64,000 bases of DNA from Phoronis australis (GCA_002633005.1 NMRA01000045.1:799552-863551), one strand, 5' to 3'; shown: positions 25,346-38,652, numbered from the stretch's first letter. Notes: generated by a model from the sequence alone, not told the origin. Translations and numbers: made by a program.

Positions 25346-28300
25346 GACGTCATCGAACGTGAAAATGGAATACTTTAACTGAGCACACACAACAATCGCA
25401 TGTTCAACAAACGACATTGTACCGACATTTATACGCTATGAAAATAAGACGCAAAATTTCAATAAAAACGACACTTGTAACTCATCGATCTCCAGTTTGA
25501 ATGAGAGTAACGTGTGGTCGGGATGCTGTGACTTGGAGATTAAACTCAGTAACCAGTGGTAACCTACTTTAGCAGACGATATTTTCACGATGGAAGCTTA
25601 GCATGATAAGATGTGTAGTAAGCCAGAGTAGTTGCTTAAAATAAAAAGTTATTTTACATATTCACTTTAGTTCTATTTTGTTTCAATTTTTATTTGGTTT
25701 TAAGTAAAAACGTCATTTTAACAAGAAAAACTCGGCGTTTCTTGAAGGATCACAACATCCGACCTCAGACTTCTGACATAGGAAGTAGTTACAAAGCCCG
25801 AGGCGAGTCGAGAAAGGTAGATCGATTCATTGCAATGTTTCCCGTTCAGTATGTGGTATAGATTATTACATGTTCTCAGTCGTTATTGCCCACCAGGCGA
25901 TAATTCTCCAGTGCACTCGGGCTCTAGATTAAGGGGGATAACGACTTGGCCAAGTAATAATCTATATTCGTCATTATCAATATTATTATTATTACCATTA
26001 TTAGTTTTTACCTTCATAGCACTTGGCTATTTGAAATGACCTGTGCACAATTTAAAAAGAAAGGTATGATAGATATATACAAAAAGTTAGATGAGTGATA
26101 ATGAAAATGCAACGATAACAAGCTTTAACACTAAATATAAACATGAAAAGCACTGAAAAGGGACAAAGAACACACGAATGACATTCCATGCACAAATGTT
26201 TGGAATGAGTGTCGGCCCTATTTGAAAATTCCAACTGCAATTTTATTAGTGCACGTCATAGCTTCAGATAAAAAATTGATTTTTAGAATGGCAGGATGTC
26301 ATTCGTACTTGCCAACTGTTCCGAGTCCCACGTTAGGCGGAACTTCCCGTTTTTTGAGAATTTGTACCTCATCTTTCCACATCATCAAAATGTCGCGCTT
26401 TTCAACACATAGAGACAGTGACTTAGTGCCATATATTAATGTATAATCCATGAGAAATAGCCTTATTTTGTTGTTCGACTAAAAACGCTGTTGGACGTTT
26501 TCAGTTGTTGAACAGACATTTCATTCTTGGGTTTTGGAATAAACCCAGACGTCCCCTATATATCCGGGTGCTCCTCTTTTTCAATCCAGGTGTCCCATTT
26601 TCGTTGTAGAATGTTGGCAACTATGTGCTCTTTATAAGCTCTTTTCATAGTAGACCAACCAGTTTTATTAGTGTTATTTCCTACTAAGCCCGGGGCCACC
26701 AGTGCATGGTGTGATGTTTGAGTTTTTGAACCTTGAAAATGAAAAAAAAAATAGAAAAGCATAAAAGAAGAAAGGGAATGTGTAGCTTGTAAAGAAAACT
26801 CCGTAGTCTAAAGCGTCTCGACATTGAAGCAATCAAACTTGCAGCACTTTCTTTGAGCTATTGTCTTCGCACGTGCGCGCAGGAAAACAAACAATGACTT
26901 TTAGCTTGATTGAATCTCAGAAAAGCGAACACTGAGGACAACAATGTCTTCGAATGTTTTTATATTCGTCTTGAGGCCAGTATTGACTCGAGCCAAACTC
27001 AGTGTGCTGATATGAGATATACAATGGGGTTTGGGATAGATAGAGACAACTCCCTGTTATTTAAAGTTCAACATTACAATTTTGTCTTGCATAAAAAGTG
27101 GACAATTAAATCGCTGCATGGTAAAAAAATGCAAATAAAACATTTCCCTTCAGGTGTGCGTCCTTTTACCATACATCTCCTGGAGAGAAAACAAACAAAC
27201 ACGTCCTTAAATATTTGCCGAACAAATGCCGTACTTGGGCCACGTGGCGACTTGTATTTAAGATTTATTGTAAGAGTGAAACTAAACACACAGAGAAAAT
27301 TCCATTTAATGCACATCAAAAGGTAATGGTCGCACTCATAAACGACGTTGATTTACATTTGTGAACATTGGGGTCACCCACCCAGAGTTGATTTCATTCA
27401 TGATCCAAGAATCAGTCCGATGACTTCGACCAGGCTGTAATGAGGAATGTCGATGGCTTGACTGGAACCATATACATCACAACGCTTTCCCCTTGGTACT
27501 TTCGTCGTCAACTCAAAGTCGGACAAAAATCTACTTTAGTGCTACATATCTTGCAAAAGATTTTAAAAAGTAGACGGTAAAAGAAGAGCGGAAATTGTAG
27601 AAATTATTCAAAATAAAAAGTTACCGTATTTTGTAAATTCAATAAACACACACATGTGCCGTACCTCATTGTCGAGTTGATTCCAAACGCAAGCTCCGTC
27701 TCAATATTGCCGAACCTTGACAAAACATGCAACTCATGGGAACCATTTTCTTTGTGAAAAAGAAAGACGAATAGAGCAAATGAAAGCCACACCAGTTGGT
27801 CAGAAGACAACAGAAAAACAATGAAACTCGAACGAGATAAAGATCATGAACTTTCTTTATTCAAGAGCATTTCATAAGCGTCGTTGAAGACAGTATACAT
27901 TACATCCAATGGATATGGATCTTTTCGATAACTTATTTGTAATCATAGTTAGTTGAGGGGATTTCGCCGTTGAATTCTTAACCAAAGCGGTCAAAAAACA
28001 TTACCGCGATTAAGCTTATCTAATTTTGAATTGTTGCCGAATGAGTCCGCAATTCAAGTCACATGCGTCTTTTTCGAATTCGCGATTTCATGTTAAGGTT
28101 GGCTGATCCCAATAAACTTTGAAGCGTTTTATTGAATCGGTGATGGTTTCGATGTCCTTGTTGATAACGCCGTCCAGTCAAGAAATGTTACCAGTGAGTC
28201 TGATTTTCCGAGCAGTGACTTTTTGCTTTTTGGCAGCTATAGTAGGCCTACTGAAGAAATGTAATTTTAAACGTAAAATCGTTTTCATGACACACACTTT

Positions 28301-30003
28301 TGTCTTTAGCTGACAATTAACCAAGCGGAATAAAGAAAACAAGTTTGCAAATATTAAAATAGTCAGTATCTATGTCACGTGAATGAGCCAGAAAACATAT
28401 TTTCTACCTTCACTTCGATTTACAAGAACAAAGTATACGTTATGCAGACAGAAGTGCCTAAACATGTCTCTGTGTGCACTTCTGAATATTTTCTGAAACT
28501 GGGGTTTGAATTGAAGGCCATTGCATCCAGCCAAACACAAGAAAACGATCACAATAAAAATAATGTAAAAGAAGATGACTTGAAAATGCATTATTAATTT
28601 AGTATTAACTTATTCATGTGGTAATCGGAACATAAATGGCTGCGTGTTGCTTTGATCACTGAAGTGACAAATGTTAAAAAGGCGAGCGCATATTCTTCTT
28701 TGTTTATTGACTTCAGACACAGAAGAGTATCGAGTGTAGTGTACTTGGACAGTTTGTGTCACTCACAATTTTTACTGTCGAGGTTCATTTCACACGGCTA
28801 TTCTATACCTTCAAAACAAGTTTGCCCCTTATTAAAAATAATGAGAACGTACCGTTTATCAATATTGTTGCATCTGATTTCCCTACATGAATCTGTACAT
28901 ATTTTTGTTTTTATATATCTGTAGTAGCATATCTAAGTATTGGAATACTTATTTTAGATACTACTTAATTGTATATACCTCTATGTATATAAGTTTCATT
29001 TATGAATTGTTTACAACCCAGATATAATGCTTCGCGGTTTCTGGGTTTGTTATTATTTCTTTGTATGTTCTGTGTATCCTTCAATAAATATATATCACTT
29101 ACTGGCCTATTTTCACTCAGTGAGGCAGTTAGTCAATGTTCGCCAGTGTTGTTCGGATACAATTGCTTGTTTCACTGAAAGGCACAAAAATCCGCTGTTT
29201 ATCTTGCCGCTCTAACCTGATAAGACTAGGTATGACGTATGAATGTCCTGCTCAACTATTCTGTAGTTCACCGTACGGCTTGAGTCACGGTGAATAGTCG
29301 TGCCAAGGGATCAAAACCCGATTACAAATTAATTCGGTGTATTTCACTGCCGGAAAAATTTAAAAATTTCAGTAATATATATATATTTTTAAATTAACTG
29401 CTAACTGCAAAAAAAAAAAGTTCACCCAGTTTTATAAGAAAGTGACCTGCCGCAAGACTAAAGAACTGAGACCAGAGCATAGTCACCATAGACATCACAT
29501 GTATTAAGATGTCTATGATAATCACAGTCATATTTATGGGCCCAAGGCGTAGACGACAGCTCCACCTACAGATGTTATTATAAACTGTAAAACATTTTCC
29601 TGATTCTTATTGAAATGTTCTACTTGTAGCCTAAATATTATGGTGTAATTTTAGCGGAAAACATCAAATAAATTTTTGAATGAAATTTAAGTAGAAAATC
29701 ATTCAAATAAATGATAAATGATAACAAAAATATTCGAAATTAACATTTTACCGTGTTACGGAAACGAAAGCTCTAAAAATCAGACTGGGCAAAAACGACG
29801 CTAGAATACCATCATTTTTTGCATAAAACAATGACTTCTTGTTATCATATGGTAAGTCAGCGTCATCTTTGGGTTTTTGCCTGTGCAGTGCATGGGGGAG
29901 GGGGTGAGGGGGGGAGGAGTCGTTATCGTTGGGTATTGCAGTGTTCTCACTAGGATTAACTTAGAGCGGACTACAGAACGCTGTCAATGCAGATTGCTAG
30001 ATA

Positions 30004-30833
30004 CCGTCAGAGGCCCTAAAGTCGTGAGTGCCCTAAAGTCGTGAACGATCTTATTTCCTCTTCTGCGCGGTCCTGCGACATCTGGCGTTGAAGTTTCCAG
30101 CGTTCGTCTGCTTACGAACGTCAAACGAATACCCGGACGTGTTCGTATTCACAATATGATAACAAACAGTGAGTGAGTCTCTGTAAGCAGAGTTTTGAAA
30201 CGGTCGCTGATATCGGCGGCCATTTTGAATGAGGCCCCTAAAGTCGTGACCGTTTTGGTTAGACGGAAATACACGAAGTAAGACCTCACAAGTCAACTAC
30301 AGTGCGTACAGTTACTCTAGATGACATAAAAATGCATTGCATTGTTTATTAATTCAGTTTCAATTGAAATAAATTGTTTTATGTTTTGCACCCAACTTTG
30401 ATGTGCACAAACATTTTCAATAAGGTTGTTCACGTAAAACGTTAAGAACCCAGCATCAATTATCGCTCTGTATTTTATTGTTTGGGCCTTACAAAACTTG
30501 ATCGACCCTGGGACATTTTGATACATTGTTCAAGCTACCCCTGGAGCGCGTGTTTGAGTAAATCTGAATGATAAATATTTTTGAAAATATACCCCAAAAA
30601 TGCACAAAAAAGTGAATTAGTGAAATACGCTGTTTTTAAGATACATTTGAAAAAAGAAGCCAATCACTCACTGTTTGTTATATTGTGAATACAAACACGT
30701 CCGGGTATTCGTTTGACGTTCGTAAGCAGATGAACGCTGGAAACTTCAGCGCCAGATGTTGCAGGACCGCGCAGAAGAGGAAATAAGATCGTTCATGACT
30801 TTAGGGCACTCACGACTTTAGGACCTCTGACGG
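30004..30833. mobile_element. Non-autonomous Tc1/mariner (pogo/Tc2-like) element with ~175-bp TIRs
   Basis: TA flanks (30002-30003, 30834-30835), CCGTCAGAGG...CCTCTGACGG termini, near-identical long TIRs, each containing two copies of CCTAAAGTCGTGA. Confidence 0.9.
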
Positions 30834-31412
30834 TACCACCAGGGATATACTTAGCCACTCGTCCAGGCGCCAATGCGAGTAAAAATGGTGCTGGGTGAGT
30901 ACAAGTTGACTTGCCAGTCGCCCGGAAGCGAGCGAATTTTCAGAGCGTAAAAGCATTCGTTTATCAGATGAACATGAATAAGTTTTCTCCTCCTTGTGCT
31001 GTTTTTATCATGAATTTAAGGTTCAGTTTGGTCAGCGTCTTGATGCTCCGGCATTAAAAAAAATCGGCGCAGTGCGATCCTACCGATTCAGTAGATGTCA
31101 CCCGGTACGCGATTCGTCTAGACAAAAGATTGTAACTTGTGTGGTCGTGCAAAAGGAATTTGAGGACAAGTCCGAAATGAAGAAAAGGGGGGAAAGGCGA
31201 AAGACTGGTCCATGTGCTCACAGAAAGTGAAATACCATATTTCTTGGAACTGATTTCCTATTGTTATATACGATGTCATTTTAGCCAAAATTATTTTATA
31301 AATAATCCTAAGCACCCATGCCCTTATAAACGCACCCCCGCTCGTTTTCAGACTTTGCTAAAATAAGCACTCAGTCCATGAACGTGTACATGCGAAAAAG
31401 TGCCTTAGTTAT

Positions 31413-31730
31413 CTACAGTTCTAAAATTCTACAGATGTGTTGTTCAATTTTCAATAATATCCGACAGTCCTCAAAAATCATTGTGTGTGAAATTTGTAGA
31501 CCACTAGCCTCGCCGCTATGTTGATATTTAGCCGTGGCTGTACACTTCAAACGTCCGCAGTGCTTCAAAAAGAACGCAAAAGTTTTGCTGATCTTGCCCA
31601 CTACGGTCAGGCCTTTCAGAACAGACGCAGCGTACTTTTCAACGGGATTGTATTGTATCTTTCCCGTACAGATCTCCCTCAACAGGAATCTAGATTACTT
31701 TGTACACATAAAACCCGCGAACCGAAACAG
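31413..31730 (-). pseudogene. Degenerate HIRAN-like domain ORF
   Basis: SVRGFYVYKVI*IPVEG, then a frameshift to ...NPVEKYAASV...VVGKISKTFAFFLKHCGRLKCTATAK...GLQI. This fits the invertebrate HIRAN pattern VRG.H.YK..W.P..G...N..D..AV.V....VG....S....FL..GG.I.C.VTG...GLEI. Confidence 0.6.
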
Positions 31731-32281
31731 TGTTAATGAGCACGTGGCCAAGAAGCGTGCGCCAGGGCCTTCATATAATATGTGGGCCTGCTACTCTGGC
31801 AAATGAACTCTGATGACATGCACGAGCTCGCTCTCTTGACACACACATGCAGACTAACTTCAAAACAAACGTCACCTGACAACAACATGTGTGTTTGTCC
31901 AGATTTTTCTCGTGTTGCGGAGTGGGATCTAACACAGATTTGGACATAATTTGCGGTTAATACCGACTCCACAGGAACTTCAAAATCTTTGGGATGCTAT
32001 TTAGAAAACTTAAGGAGGATTTCAGGTAATTTGTTGAGTCAAAACTGTATTTTTACTCAAGAAAGTTGCCCTATCGATGACTGCAAGGCAGCAAATGCAG
32101 GCAAGTTTTCACCCTGGGAATTCTACTCATTTTTTATAAAAGATCATAATTTAACTACAAAGTTTGATAGCAATGCACCACGGTTTTCTAGAAAGTCTGT
32201 CGTAGGTTACAGATACGTCACAGCGCGTAAATTTGTTGTATCTTAGTTTCCAGTTTCACCCGTTTTGGAGACCAAGCTTGT

Positions 32282-32419
32282 GTTCAGTAAAGCTAGGACC
32301 TAAGCTTGGACCTAGTTAAAATTTAGCCAAAGTCACGTGTTCTCATTTAAAATACACGGCAATATCTCACGTAATCTCGCAAAGTCTTGCTTTTTAGCGA
32401 GGTCCTAGCCTTACTGAAC
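32282..32419. mobile_element. Short MITE nested in the hAT-like element
   Basis: IR GTTCAGTAAAGCTAGGACCT / AGGTCCTAGCCTTACTGAAC. Confidence 0.65.
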
Positions 32420-34119
32420 GGGAGGCGGGTTTCAACTGTCGTAGGCTACAACAAGCGCACCCCTTCCAAAATGAATTTTTCTAAGGGCCCCTTATTGGTA
32501 GCCCTTATAGATGGTGACATCAATGCATGAAATGATGATTTTTATTGACACTTGCAGCAAGTTTGTGGTGACAGACGCAAACGGCCGGGCGACTGAACTT
32601 CAGGCTGGGCGAGTAGATTTTCTGGCTCACTCGCTCAGCTGGCGAGCAGCGTTTTGAAACCTGGGTATATCCCTGCACCTGCCACGCATAGTATTAAAAA
32701 TGGTACATTACAGGTTTTGGGAACTGAACGAGGGACTGCTTGAAGAAAAGTTTTGATAACAAGATTATTTCTTTGAAGTGGAAGGAATTAAATATATCGA
32801 CGGCCTCCTAAGGTGTCGCTTTATGCGCAAAAAGTATTTTTAACAACGTGACTGATGTTTTAGTCAGTGTAAGGCATAATTCGCTGAAAAGCTTCCATCG
32901 TATGAAGCTTCTATAGGAGCTCCAAAGTCTATTGAGACAGCTAGAGACGGTGATCACCGTCTAACACTAGGCAATTACACGTAGGTCCTCAGATGGCTGG
33001 TTAGGGGCTACAATTTCCATCTCTTTTTGGACTAATTTCGTCCCGTTCATGTTAAATGGGCGATACGCGAAATCTACTCACCAATGAAGAGTTTTCACCT
33101 CGTCAAAAGTACATTCTACAACTTACCACTGACACTTAAAAAAGCACTTACTTTCTTGAGTTTCTCTTTCTGCTTCTAGACATGTCTTTGATGAAGCACA
33201 GCTATGAGAATTAAGGTGACTTTGGAGAAGAATTCCAACTCCACTTTTTTGGTCACCGTTAACTTTTTCACCGCGCGTGCGCGATAACCACAAAGTATTT
33301 CACGGAGTCATGTGAGTTGGGCATTTTGGCTAACGCGAGACTGAACGAAGGGCGTGACGTGGTGTGTGACATGGTGCGTGACACTTGCAAAATAGCATTG
33401 GAAGATATCAGGTGAAATTTGTAAGATTTGTGTCCTTTGGACTTTCTGTTCGTCAAAAGGCATGATTTCACGTAACTTCCTCAAAATGGCACCCGGTGTG
33501 AGTAACTCGATTTTGGGCGTAGCTGCACCACACTCTCATCAGTTGCACCATGTTACACTAACGTAAGAGAGTGCCTTGCAGAGAATTAGGTCGGTCACTA
33601 CTCATACTAAACAAACCTGAAAGTTGGAAGATTTTCTGCTAAATACGGTTAACCCACACTGCCACAGGCCTTGCCCTTGGGCTTCAGTACAGCTATTCCT
33701 AAGATCCACCACTGGTACCAACTTTCACTGCAGTAAAACATAAAAGTTGGGCCCTATAAATTGGTTTGTCCAGAATTTTATACTCAAATGTGCATGAAAC
33801 TACAGAATCAGTATCAAACACATGTGTACCTATTTTCACTTGATCACATCAAACTGCCTTCGAGTGGTGACTTGATGACAAAAATGTCAAAAAACACCAA
33901 AATCACAAAATTCAAGGAGGGTATTTTGTGATGTCATGGCAAATGACCTCTGCAAATATCCAGACTTTTGACGGGTGCTCCCAAAGCAATTACAGGTAAA
34001 AATTCACTTACTACAAACTTGTTTGTTGTGGATGATTTGAATGTTTCCACTCTCACTTGTCTTTTCAGCAAATAGATTATGTGCGTTTTGTTGACCAATA
34101 CCTAGAATGGCGCGGGTCA

Positions 34120-34315
34120 TGGTGGGTTATCTGGTTGATAAAGACTGCCGCCTTAACTTTTCGAGAGAACCAGCGTATCTCTCTTCAAAGATTTTGGGCA
34201 TTGTCCCAGTCCACAGTTTGGTCAGTGTTGAGGGTGTGATCATCAATGCCAGTAGGTTTGTCCAACTTGAACTGACCAGTCAGAATGCAGCACTGTTGAT
34301 ACTCCTTCGTCTACG
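34120..34315 (-). mobile_element. Penelope-like retroelement GIY-YIG endonuclease relic
   Basis: T*TKEYQ...KPTGIDDHTLNTDQTVDWDNAQNL*REIRWFSRKVKAAVFINQ fits the PLE endonuclease C-terminal motif R.KEH...H....H..DW....IL..E..W..R..KEA..I. Contains in-frame stops. Confidence 0.7.
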
Positions 34316-34754
34316 TTTCCAAGCCGCCATTTTACCCGACAAACAATACGTTGTCGTGTCAAAGTTATTTTAGTCTATAGCTCAAGAAATGTTGCGATAA
34401 GAATGGTGAACCGTGTTGATATGGCGTGTGTAATTCCGACAGCTGTTATGCAGCTTGAGAAGAATATCCTGTCATTTTTTGGGCACCTTTCTAAGCCAAA
34501 AAGAGATGTTGAAAGCTTTGAACTACACAGCCACACGAGCAGCTGAACTTGGCAATATTGCTTGATTATTTGAAGGTTAAACACAAATACATTTGTTCCA
34601 AGATACGCACTTTTCAGTTTGGTGGCTATAGTGTAGGCCTATCTGATTTTGTCTCCGAAGTTTCACTCGTTTTTTCGCCTTTGTCTTGACACCAGCTGGA
34701 TTGGATCTCAGCACTGCTAGTCTATCAATAGTCCCAGTAATTGCACAGATATTG

Positions 34755-34840
34755 GGTTCTCAGTAGCTCAGTGGTGAGAGCACTGGACCGACAATCTAAA
34801 GAACTGTGGTCCGATTCCCAGTTGGAGTTCCTGATTTTTC
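34755..34840 (+). mobile_element. tRNA-derived SINE head (degenerate)
   Basis: A box TAGCTCAGTGG (34764-34774) and degenerate B box GGTCCGATTCC (about 34808-34818), followed by a T-rich tract. Confidence 0.6.
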
Positions 34841-37800
34841 TGTGTTTATTTCCCTGGAAATTGTTGTTTTATATTTTTAATATTTTTCAGTTATTTCGAT
34901 ATGTAGACGTCATTTTGTTTCGTAGCAGAGGTACATTTTTTTTGTTATTCATATGCCCATAGGCTGGCGTTCAACTGAATTTCTCTCCAAAATTGAGAGA
35001 TCCGATTGCCACAGGGAGGGACACTGGATTATTGAACTCAAATCCTTGTTCGAGCTATTGTCACAAAAAATAAACAGTTGAATTACCTCTTGATGAGAAC
35101 CTCTAGTATACACTTTGCCTGTAGAGTTAGAGAGAGAGAGCTCGTTTTGATATTTACGGTAGATTTATGAGGCTGTAAAAAAGGAGTTTGAAATATTTTT
35201 GCAAGTAGCCATTTTTGCCGCTACACCAGTCTTGTCATCTTTTGTTACCATACCACAGTTTAATGATAATGCTGTGTTTTAAAATAACAGAAAGCTACCT
35301 TTATGCAATGAAACTACAAAAAATGCGAAGTTCATCTGAAGGTAGGCCTGAAGTTTGTGTCTTAATGGTGCAATTACGACGTGCATTAATTTGACTTGAA
35401 CATAGCCCTAAACTGCTTGCCCTGGACAAGATGAGTGTGTACTTGAGCTATAAACCTGAGTTTTTTAATCAAAATATTTCGTTCGAAGATTAGAAAAGCA
35501 TTAACAGTGCTATCGACTTCTTTACACTGGGTATCCCACCAGTTGTGACCTACTTTTCATTTGGCTGATTTTAGCAGACAACAGAATAAAGATATCGGTG
35601 AATCTTCACTGATGTTGTTCGAAAGATCCTGATATCTATGGCATCGTACAGATAATTCGACTTTAAGGTACATTCTCAGCTTTACATCAACGTATCTCTT
35701 CAGTGGCCTTGTCATTTGTGAGGTGAAGGCGAACCCCGTGTGGGGTTCTTTGGATATTTGCTGGCTCTGAAAAACTTTTCCTCGAACACTTATTTTTTCA
35801 TCGTCACCTTTGCAAATTCCCACATCATGAACGCAGGATTCTCTGCTGAAAAGCATCGCCTGTTGTCTTTGGCGAAGCATTTTTTAAAGGTGCAAAAACC
35901 ACTCATCGATTCCACCAGGAACGTCCTTTAGCGACAGTGTATTTGTCTCTGACATCTTGTTTGTTTGTCGGGTGTCAGGTGACTTTTCGCAAAGGGGCGG
36001 AGCTTGCGTCAGTCTAATCCCCAGAGAGCGTTTAGTTTCATGGGAGGGGTCGTCTTTGCTAAAGAAAAATCAAGGAAGCTGTTTTTATCAGGACCGGACA
36101 GCCCACCATGAATTAAGGCCAAGGACTAAAACTACCCAGATGTATGACCCCAAAAATCAAGTATTTGCCGCAAGGTGATTTGTGGCGATGAATATGTGAT
36201 CACACTTCTGGCGATGAATGTGTGATCACACAGCCAAGTCTGTGTTGTGCTTTAACCAAGAGTAGCACGCATTTGTCAAGATTAAACAATTCTTGCAATG
36301 AACTTCTAGATTTTAATGATAAAATGAGTTCTAGAAGAATCTAATTAATACATACATGTGGGACTTTAGTTTTACTAACTTCTGTAATTTAAATTATGTG
36401 ACAAATTTGCTGACTTTGCCTCGGGTTGCCTGCTCAGACTTTTTTCGTTAAGGGTACAAGTTAAAGCACAACCAAAATCCGACATGTTGCTTATTTAGCC
36501 TCCTTGAATTCAGAGTTTTGTGTTTGTTTTGGTTTTGAGACAATTGAAGTTTTGAGCTTAGGTTCGGCAAAGACTTAGTGTCCAACTTTTATGTTTGTTA
36601 CATGGTTATGAGTCATTGGGATGTTCATCTGCCTGTGGCCTAACCCTGGCTAAACTACCAATGTTCTGTTATTACATGTACACTTTGAGAGTACATGGAC
36701 ACCTTTGGAGGCAGTTGGGGTCTTAAATACTTCCATCTTGTACAAATACTCCCCCACAATCAACATTTTTAGTCCTTTATTCCATCAATGAAACTGAAGA
36801 CCTAATGCCATTACCTATAATGAATGGGACTGAGTAGGGTAGACACGAAAAGGTTCAAAGGCCATGTTGAGATGAGGTAGCAGAAAGGTTCAAGAGGTGT
36901 TGAGGTGAGACTGCGTAGACTAGGAATCTGTCTTAAGTAGGTACAGAGTAGACAAGACGGTTTTTATATTCCGCTATGCATATGGCTATGGAGACCCGAC
37001 AATAAATTGACAATTTATCTTCAAATACTTACTATGGTAATGTCTCACCAATTTTGGACATAATACGACTGACACATGAAATTTCTTGTTTTCTCGTTTT
37101 TAATAAAAGATAAGTAGCACCAAAAAAGTGCTACTAAAGGTCCATACGCCATACCTACCTTCTGACAATGCTTCTAAGAAATTGTGGACTTTCAAAACAA
37201 TGTTAAAAGCTTTTGAAAAAGAAAAGAAAACGGATTTTGACAAATAAGTTTGTACAAAATTGGCGAGATTTGACCATAAATTCCAAAACAATGTTTGATA
37301 ATATAGGGACTATTCAGATGTGGTAGTCTCTCTTTAACCATCTGAAATTCATCAGCTTTGAAGGTAAAGTCATAAATTTAGCCTCCACGTGTTTTGAGGA
37401 GATGTGTTCCTAGCTGTTTAACTGTACTCATGTTCCGGACTTTAAAGTTGGATTTTTTCCATCATGTAATTTTTGTTCATAATGGCAGTGGTGGCCAGGT
37501 CCCTCCTCTCGTCATGGCTGACATGGGTGACCTGATCATAACCTTCCATTTGTTTCCATTTGACTATGAGCACTGCCAGTAATGGAGTTCAGCCTTCAAT
37601 TTCATTGTACCAGTGCGTAATCCTAATCCATCTTGTATGCCGGAAGATATTCTGCAAATTATGCTTCAGTCAAGATATACTATAAAAGTCATGTCACTAC
37701 GTGTACCTTTGGAATGTAGATGGACACTGTTGGATGCAGTTGCAGTCTTTAAATCCTTCCTGGTTGAACAAGTACTATAGCAAATCACAACCAGTAGGTT

Positions 37801-38607
37801 TATTTGAATAGTCCTTTGTCCTGTCAACTCCATCACAGTCAGTGTACTTGAGATTCAAATTCGAGAGAAATATCTTTACAAATTGAAATCTTAACATTAC
37901 CTTATGTCAGGTTGTACTACAATTCGACGTTTTTGTAGTACCGCTGTCTTCTGTAATAATATTATTGTTCTTTCCATTAGGTTGTCGTTTGTACACAATC
38001 GCATTTTGACTTAACAGGGATATACCTTAGCAGTCGCCCAAAGTGATAAAATTTTAAGCCAGGCTCCAAAATTTCACCAGTTCTGTGACCCAACCTAGCT
38101 TTTATAATAAGTTGTTTTATAAACATTCACAAAATCATATTGACATTTACAAGCAAAGTAACTGCGTGATCTAGTAATTTCCCTCTAAACAGGTTCAATA
38201 GCTTTTCAACTGATGACGTATCGTGGGTGTACTGCAACCATATTCAGGCAAAGTCGTTCATTAGGGACAAAAAACAAAGCAAAACAGGAGAGTGATTTAA
38301 TGAAGTTTAGTTTTGTTGTGCAATTCCTGGGTCACGTCTCTGTACACAGCGTTGTTGGTACACACCAGGTGTATACAGTATACCATGAAACACCAGTAGA
38401 ACATTAGGTACCAGTTGGGAATGACAGAATGAATAAGTACATTGCCAGTGAGTACCAGATGGGTACACGGTACCAGATGGATATTGGCCAATTGCTTACC
38501 AAATTGGCTCGAGCAAATCAAATCGACGAGTATGAGATGGTACACTGCCAAGTGGGTTAAAATATATAGTACCAATAACCACCAACTAGCCAATAACAAT
38601 ACTGAGA

Positions 38608-38652
38608 ATGCAGGTTCCGGCCAGGTTGAGTGACCAGACCTACGGGAGTGTG
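38608..38652 (+). CDS. AKIP1: Candidate first coding exon of AKIP1 (MQVPARLSDQTYGSV)
   Basis: ATG following an in-frame stop and a phase-0 donor GTG|GTAAGG compatible with the exon at 41751. No homology support. Confidence 0.25.

Larger units (their letters stand above)
30840..32675. mobile_element. hAT-like non-autonomous element with nested insertions
   Basis: TIR CAGGGATATAC (30840-30850) / GTATATCCCTG (32665-32675) with subterminal ACTCGCCC/GGGCGAGT-type motifs. A related end occurs at about 38016. No 8-bp TSD is recognisable. Confidence 0.55.

Noticed and set aside
34755-34830. Functional tRNA gene
   Set aside because: The B box is degenerate and the stems pair poorly. It is better explained as a SINE head; the same applies to 25269-25345.
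11500-38000. Second achaete-scute (ASC-b) paralog between ASCL and AKIP1
   Set aside because: No ORF with a RRNERER-type basic region appears in the ORF track or was seen on reading.
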